This document shows, in pieces, positions 56,539 to 64,000 of a stretch of 64,000 nt of DNA (its first letter is position 1; each line of letters begins with the position of its first letter). The DNA is taken from assembly GCF_009914755.1 (NCBI RefSeq), contig NC_060934.1; one strand, given 5' to 3'. The stretch comes from the human T2T-CHM13v2.0 reference genome, Homo sapiens. A model generated the notes under the pieces. It did not search any database. It had not been told where the DNA came from and was given only the letters and a program-made list of their open reading frames with translations. A program made the position numbers and the translations under genes.

Positions 56539-57890
56539 TGATGTGTCCCTGTGTTGATTTCTATGCATCTGGTGGAAAAGTCACCTCTTTTAATTTTATG
56601 GAATAGATTTCATAAGAAAGAATACGAATGAGTCTTGGGTTGTTGGTTTGGTGGGGTACATTAGCCTTATTTCTAGATACAGTTTTGTAGTCTCTGAGTA
56701 ATTTCTTCAGCTGTAATCCACTCTAGTGGCATTTGTGAGTTTCTCAGTGGCATGGGCTGAGAGAGTTTGTGGCAATGGTGATGCCACTTTGCCAGGGGTG
56801 GGCTCACTAGACTGTTTCTCAGGTCTGGGGTATGTATGTGCACATAGTAGGTCAGCCAACTTGGTTGGTGAGATTGGCTTACTGAGACTGGGGCCACAAG
56901 GCTGTTACTCTGACCAGAAATACAAGTATAAGGTTGCTTGGGCAACCTGGGGACATGCCTGCCAGGAGCAGCTTTCAGGTCGGGGACGTGGGCTTTTGGC
57001 CACTTGGCTGGCTTGGAGATATTCCCTGTGGCACGGGGGCAGTCTGCGGGACTATCTCTCAGGCCATTATTGGGGGTAAAGGACTGTTGGGCAGGCCAAG
57101 GGCGTGCCTATGGGGGACCTGTGTGTCTGTTTCTCAGGTTCTGATTGCTTGCAGGTAGCCCTACTCTGCTGGCCCTGGGCCATATCACCTTCTCAGAGGC
57201 TCAGGGAGGTCTCCTGCTTAGAGAAGGGAGCCCAGCAGTTTGGCCAGCTTAAGAGCAGGCTTGCTGTGGGTAGGACTGGCAGACTGGTTTCTCTGTTGGT
57301 GGTATGGCCATGGTTCTTGGTTTTCTTGCTGTGCAAGACCAGAATAACAGCCAGTCCAGGGTCCAGCCTTCACCAGCTTGGATCATGGTGTTCAGAAACT
57401 TGTTTGGAGTTGGCATAATGAAGATGGAGCCCCAGTTCTGGAGAGGTGCAGTGGCCACTTTCCCCCCAGAGGAGGGCATACTACACAGGTGGCTATTCTC
57501 AAGATGACGCCATGTTACAGCAGTTTGGCTCACAGTGGTGGGATGGGGAGTACACACCTTGTGCTCTTAATCCAGGTCAGTGCGTCTGCATGAATTCCTG
57601 GCAGCTCTCCAAAATGGGCTCAGGGCTTGTGAGGACTATGGGATTCTTGTGTAGTAAGGCCTTCATGTGTTTGTGGTGGCAAAGAGGCTGGTAGGGATCT
57701 TCTGCTGACTTTTTTCCCTGCAATAGCAATTCCCTCCCGTCTCCAGGCAGATCTGATCTAGGTGGGGAAGATGGGACCACGAGTTTGAGTGCCTCTATGC
57801 TGCCTTCCTAGATTTCCAATCACCACAGGTGCATCTTCATTCTATCAGTGCACCCCACTACTCTTCCTTCACACTCCAGTCAAATCTTAG

Positions 57891-58314
<424 letters not shown>

Positions 58315-58335
58315 TAATCTCTGCATAGTAGTGTG

Positions 58336-58632
58336 TGTATTAGTCTGTTTTCATGCTGCTGATAAAGGCATACCTGAGACTGGGAAGAAAAAGAGGTTTA
58401 ATTGGACTTACAGGTCCACATGGCTTGGGAGGCCTCAGAATCATGGTGGGAGGCAAAAACAGAAACCCCTGAGAAAACCGTCAGATCTCGTGAGATTTAT
58501 TCACTACCACGAGAACAGCATGAGGGAAACCACCCTCATGATTCAAATTATCTCCCACCAGTCTCTCCCACAACACGTGGGAGCACAATTAAAGATGAGA
58601 TTTGGGTGGGAACACAGAGCCAAACCATATCA
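58336..58632 (-). mobile_element. THE1(C-like) solo LTR, internally deleted
   Basis: TGTATTAG...CCATATCA, 297 bp; TSD GTGTG. Confidence 0.9.
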
Positions 58633-58884
58633 GTGTGCATTCACCACATTCTCATCTTTTCCCCTAGAAATAGACTTCTAGGATTTCTCACACTTTATGT
58701 TCAACAGAGCTATATAAATATGCTCCTATGTATTCCCTTAAAGCCCATCTTCTTTCTACTATATCTTTTTCCTCATTTTACTTCCTTTTTTGAGGGAGTT
58801 ATGTGGGATAGAAGAAAAATGGACTTCTTCATTTATAACATACCTGAAGTTGGGAGTATTTTAATCCTTAAACAGATTAAAATG

Positions 58885-59182
58885 AGCTGGGTGTGGTGGC
58901 TCACACCTGTAACCCCAGCACTTTAGGAGGCTGAGGGAGGCGTATGGCTTGAGCTCAGTAGTTGGAAACCAGACTGGGCAACATGACAAAATCCTGTTTC
59001 TACTAAAAATACAAAAACTAGCTGGGCGTCGTGGTGCATGCCTGTAGTCCCAGCTACTTAGGAGGCAGAGGTGGGAGGATCACCTGAGCCCAGGAGGTCG
59101 AGGGTGCACTGAGCTGTGATTGCACCACTGCACTCTAGTCTAGGCAACTGGGCGAGTCTCTGTCTCAAAAAAAAAAAAAAAA
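58885..59182 (+). mobile_element. AluJb-like
   Basis: Full dimer with poly-A. Confidence 0.92.
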
Positions 59183-60464
59183 GAGTAAAAGATATGCAGA
59201 CTATGTGATTTTCTGCTTCCAAAAGGAACCACATAGACAGGAAGAAGATCCAAGTGAATTATTCTCTTCTATTTCTTTACATTGCCTTCTGTCATTGGTA
59301 ACATAACCTTTATGGCATTCACAAGTATATTTGTTCTAGCTTTCTTCTTTTAGTAATTCTGTTGCTGTCGTTTGTGTGAAATACTGCATATTATAACATT
59401 GTAATTATAAATGATTTATACATTATCTTAATCGTTGTCAGGGCCAACGTTTTTCTTACAAGCAGATAGGAACTATGCTTTGTTGTAACTCATATTTGAT
59501 CGACTCTGAGAACAAAATGTATTTTATACTTTCTTGGAGTAGTCCCACAAAACATGTAGGACCCATTAAGAGGAAGAAAGCATGCTATATGGTTGTTATA
59601 TTTGTTATTTTTGACTTGTAATTTATTCATTCTCTCAGCCCTGTTCTCTGACTAGTGTTACTATGGCACCTAAGTTATGGCATGGAAAACAAGCTAATTA
59701 TGTTCTTCAGAACAGACGACAGTGATACATCTTGAGACACAAGCATCTGGTAGTCTTAGCCCTTTCCTCATCAGTGCTAGTCTAGGCTTGGTTGGGCTCT
59801 CTGGTTGTCCAAATATTTTTCTGTTACAACACATCCTTCTTTATTTTATTTTTCTTCTATAAATAGTGGTTTATGCTTTCTAAAGCCTCTAGTCTCATAT
59901 TTAGTTTGTTCCTTTTTGAGCCTTCTGTCTACTCAAAGAAGTAATATAGACTTACTCCCAGCTGTGTATGATCTACTCTTACTCCTGTTTATTGAGTTAA
60001 GCTTTTTACTATTTGTAAACATCTCTTGGTTGTGTAGACACAAATACACCAAAACTAAAAATGGTTAAATTGGGGTGAAAACTTACGGATATTTCTTACA
60101 ATTTATTTTTCAAAATTCAGTGATGTAGTTAGATGGCTCTCCTGATAAAAATTGTTTAAGAGATATGAGTAATCAATACTTTTTTATCAGAAGTGACATC
60201 TAACCATATTACCAAATTTTGAAAAACAAAGAAAATATTAGAATTATCCACAATTTTTGTACCTAAACTTAACCAGTTTTACTTTTGTTTATTCCCTTAT
60301 AATCTTTTTTACTATTGATTTAATGTAGGTTATAATCATACTGTGTACACACTATTTGTATGTCTTCTATTTAATTGAATATTTATGTGCCATAAGCATT
60401 TTCTACTTTACTACTTAGTTTTCATCATCATCATCATTTGTAATATCTTTAAAATATTCTCTGG

Positions 60465-60950
60465 AGTGGTGCTATTCAATAGAAATATAATTTAAAATTT
60501 TCCAGGACCCATATGAAAAATGTAAAAAGAAACAGCTTAATAATGGATTTTATTTAATCTAATATATCTAAAATATTTATTGTTTCAACATGTAAAAATT
60601 ATATACCGTATTAGACATAAAAATTATTAGATTTTAACCTTCTTTTCATAGTACATCTTTGAAATGTACCTATTTTACATATATACCAGTGAATTACGTC
60701 ACTAAACTTTCAATGTCAAAATAAAATGTAGTCCTACCAAAACAATAAAGCTCCAGCAGAAAAATATGAAATGCTTCAATTTTTACATTTAAATTAATGA
60801 AAGTAAATTAAAAATTTAGTTTCACGATCATACTAGCCACGTTACTTATGCTCATCATGTACATGTAGCTTCTTCATTTAAATTTAAATTACATTTAAAA
60901 TTCAAGACTCTCTTTGCACTAGTCACATTTTAAGTGATCAGTAGTGAGCT
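60465..60950. mobile_element. MER33/MER3 (Charlie5-related) hAT remnant within degraded L1ME-like DNA
   Basis: GTGCTATTCAATAGAAATATAAT; ACTAGCCACGT and CACTAGTCACATTTTAAGTG. Confidence 0.6.
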
Positions 60951-63495
60951 TTAGAGTATATAGCCAATTCTTGACTGTTCCTCTGTCATTTTTTTACATT
61001 GATTTCAATGAAATAAGTACACTGATAAGTTTATGAATGTATATTTTCCCATGTTTTGGATTACTTTCTTAAAGTAGACTCTCAGAAGTAGAATTACTGG
61101 GTCAAAGAGTATAATCAACCCTTCTTCATCATTGTTACCATATTGTTTCTTTAGTTACTAGAGAGGAATATTTCTCTACATATTTATTTACTATGTATTT
61201 CTCTTTCAATGGAATACTTTTTAATGTTATGGTTTATTTATCTATTGGTGTCCTAATGTTTGTTTAATTTTTAGTCTACTTTTAAATTTCTTTGTGGACT
61301 AAAGATACTAACGCTTTGTCTTGTTTTTCCTCATCTTTTGTTTATTTGTTTGTTTTTTTCCTTCTGGGAGTACCAACTGAACCCTTTACTTTTACTATAG
61401 CAAATATTTAGATAATACTTCCTCTGTAAGCTTCAAAGTTTTTCCCACTCTAGAAGTTTGATATTTACTTCTCTTTTATCATAGATTTTCTATGTATTTT
61501 TAAAAAATGTTTTTATCAAACTGGAATATATGATTATGTAATTGTGAGAAAATAAACTAAATTACAAGTTCTTAACCTTCAGTTGAATCCAGTGCTTACC
61601 CATTATTTTTAGATAAAGCCTCATTATATATAGTTGCTGACCACCACTGCATAGTTTTACGCATATGTGTAGTTAATCAGGAAGTAGATGGACCCAAATA
61701 GATTAAAATCTACTGTTTCAAATATTTCAAAATAATATCATATATTCTTCCCTATTATATTCTGATCAGAATATTGTTCTCAGTAAAAACAAAGTCTTTT
61801 TTTTTTCTATATCACCATGTATCCACAGTTGATTAATTATAGTCATGGTTATTTTACATAGGTTTATTTCCTTTTGAATTAATATAGACTTATACTTCCA
61901 AGAGTTATAAATAACTGAAATTTACATAGTTGTGTATGCACACATACACATACACATACCCCTATTCCTCACATAATTGGTAATAGAAATAATGAAAAGA
62001 GGTTGTGTTCTTAGGCAAGGACAATTTAAAAGAACCCCAAATGATTACCTTGAATTAAGGTAAACACTGGTAAAAAAAAAAGAGCAAAAAGGGCAATTTT
62101 TTCCTTTAGTATATTAAACAATGTTGTTTCTAACATTCCCTCACGTTTAGACTACTCTGAAAAATCCTTAGAGTGGTTGTGTAATGTGTTTAAGTTTTTT
62201 CGATTTCCAAGCATTAAGTCTGGCTCCACTAAAACGGTTGTTTGGTTCTATTTTAGTCTGTCCCTATCTGTCCTACTGCTACCACTTTGTGTTGTTTTGT
62301 TTTCTGTTATAATGAATACAACAGTCCCACTTCATTCTCAGTTCTAATTAACGTTATCCAGCCTCTAAGTGTTAGCATCTACTTTGCTTTTGGTTATAGG
62401 ATCAACGATAAACAGCTAACTGTTGTGCAGACTGAAATCCCTAATTAGTAAAGCACAAGATTTTATTGGTTATATATTTTTCTAAACTATAGACTTGATT
62501 TTGTTGCAAACCTTACATGTAGAAAAAAAATTTTGTAATGGCACTGTTTTTATTTTTGGTGATACTATAGTCTGGAACATGTGGCCCAGCAAAGGTTATA
62601 AATCTAGCAAGAAAAATTATGGATGGCATCAATTTTAACAGTCTTTGCGATCTAACAGAGCATAAACCCCAAATTGTTTAAATACTAAATATTTACTTAA
62701 AGAAAAACAAGAGATCATTCAAAAATAGAATTTAAATAGTGAATTTGCCTTTTATTTAAAAGTTGACAAGTTTTGTATATTTATAAAATTAACAAAATTG
62801 ACATCATACTATCCATATCACAAGACTCTTGTGTTGTATTTTAAAGGAAAACACACACACAGCATACATACATTTGGATTGGGGCCAGATTTAGACTCCA
62901 GGGGCACAGTGTTCTGTACCTTAAATTACAATCAGATGTATTTTAGCACAGATCAAATTTTCAGTCTGAAGTTGGTGAGAAGCCTAATTATTTGACCAGG
63001 TTACTATTTATGTAGACCATTCTGTGGCTGGCTGTGGTTAATCCACAGCTGGCAGAATGCTAGCTATGGGAGGTTTTTATTTGATGCTGGAACAGTTTGG
63101 GGAGAAATAGAGGGGGAAAGCTTTAAAATCTTCTCATTAAATGAAAGACTAAAAAGCAAGACAGTACATCCATATTACTATGGAGACAAGATGCTGTATA
63201 AACTGTTCGTTTTAATTCTCCAAGTGACAGAAATAGCAAAGCAGCAGCTTGGATGCTCATAGTTTGCAAGTGATAGGATACTTGGTTAAAAAAGAAAGAT
63301 AAAAACATTTAAAAATAATAACTAAGACTAAGATTTGTTGCCTCTTAGAACACTTGAATATTGGTAAAGAATTAATGGATTCAATTTTTAAATGATGAGA
63401 AATATTGTTATTATACAAAAACATTTTGTATTTCACTAAACATACTAAAACATTTAGAATTTCACTAGCAGTACTTTAAAGTGATAAGAGGCAGT

Positions 63496-63950
63496 TGTAG
63501 GGGAGAAAAAGTAACATATTTTCCTCATCCATCGCAAGGGTCATGACTGAACCCTCTGTAACGAAACAGATTAACAAGAGAAAAGCATAATTTATTTAAC
63601 AAAGTTTTACATGACACAGGAGCCTTCAGAAATTAAGACCCAAAGACCAGCAAAAACTGTATTTTTATGCGAAGTCTGATGAAAGACATGGATAGTTGTA
63701 GAGAAACATTAGACAAAAGGGGTATGATCTAATGGTAATAAACCTAGGGTTGAAGGATGTGGAAGCCAGCAAGTCCTGTCTGTTAGATTATTCTTGGCCA
63801 CCAGGTATAGGACAGGACCCCTTTGGAAAAGGGTTTTATGGCCAGCTTTCACACAGAAAGGTGGGAGAAGGTCAGAGTGACCTTGCTTCTGCGGGTTTTC
63901 TCAATTGCTAGGGGGCCATATTTTGGGGTATTGTATTCTGGGCCCTGACA
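63496..63950 (-). mobile_element. MER34-family (ERV1) solo LTR
   Basis: TG...CA ends; minus-strand start TGTCAGGGCCCAGAATACAATACCCCAAAATATG; 4-bp TSD CAGT/CAAT. Confidence 0.7.
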
Positions 63951-64000
63951 CAATTATAGTAGACGATTCTCTCTTAACGTCTCAGAATATGTATAAAGGC

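Overview
This window is primate (human-like) nuclear DNA. It is AT-rich, CpG-depleted, has no CpG island, and consists largely of interspersed repeats. These include about 38 Alu/FLAM/FRAM/FAM copies, several old L1s, L2 and MIR remnants, and the DNA transposons MER1A, MER3, MER5A, MER58A, Charlie-type and Tigger2. LTR elements are one complete MSTA-type MaLR, four THE1-type solo LTRs and a MER34-type LTR. I recognise no protein-coding gene, tRNA, rRNA or snRNA. The ORF track is explained by Alu, L1, MaLR-internal and Tigger2 remnants or by chance. Most L1 sequence lies on the minus strand, which weakly suggests a long intron of a plus-strand host gene that I cannot name. I found no convincing new biological system. 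The best-supported oddities concern insertion and repair history: a three-level transposon nest, a twin-primed L1, an L1-endonuclease site used twice, a THE1 LTR with an intact DUX4 motif inside an Alu, and fold-back inverted duplications in an Alu-linker microsatellite. Speculative splice-signal patterns occur in the first 9 kb. Subfamily names come from remembered consensus sequences and need RepeatMasker/Dfam confirmation. Boundaries of old elements are approximate.
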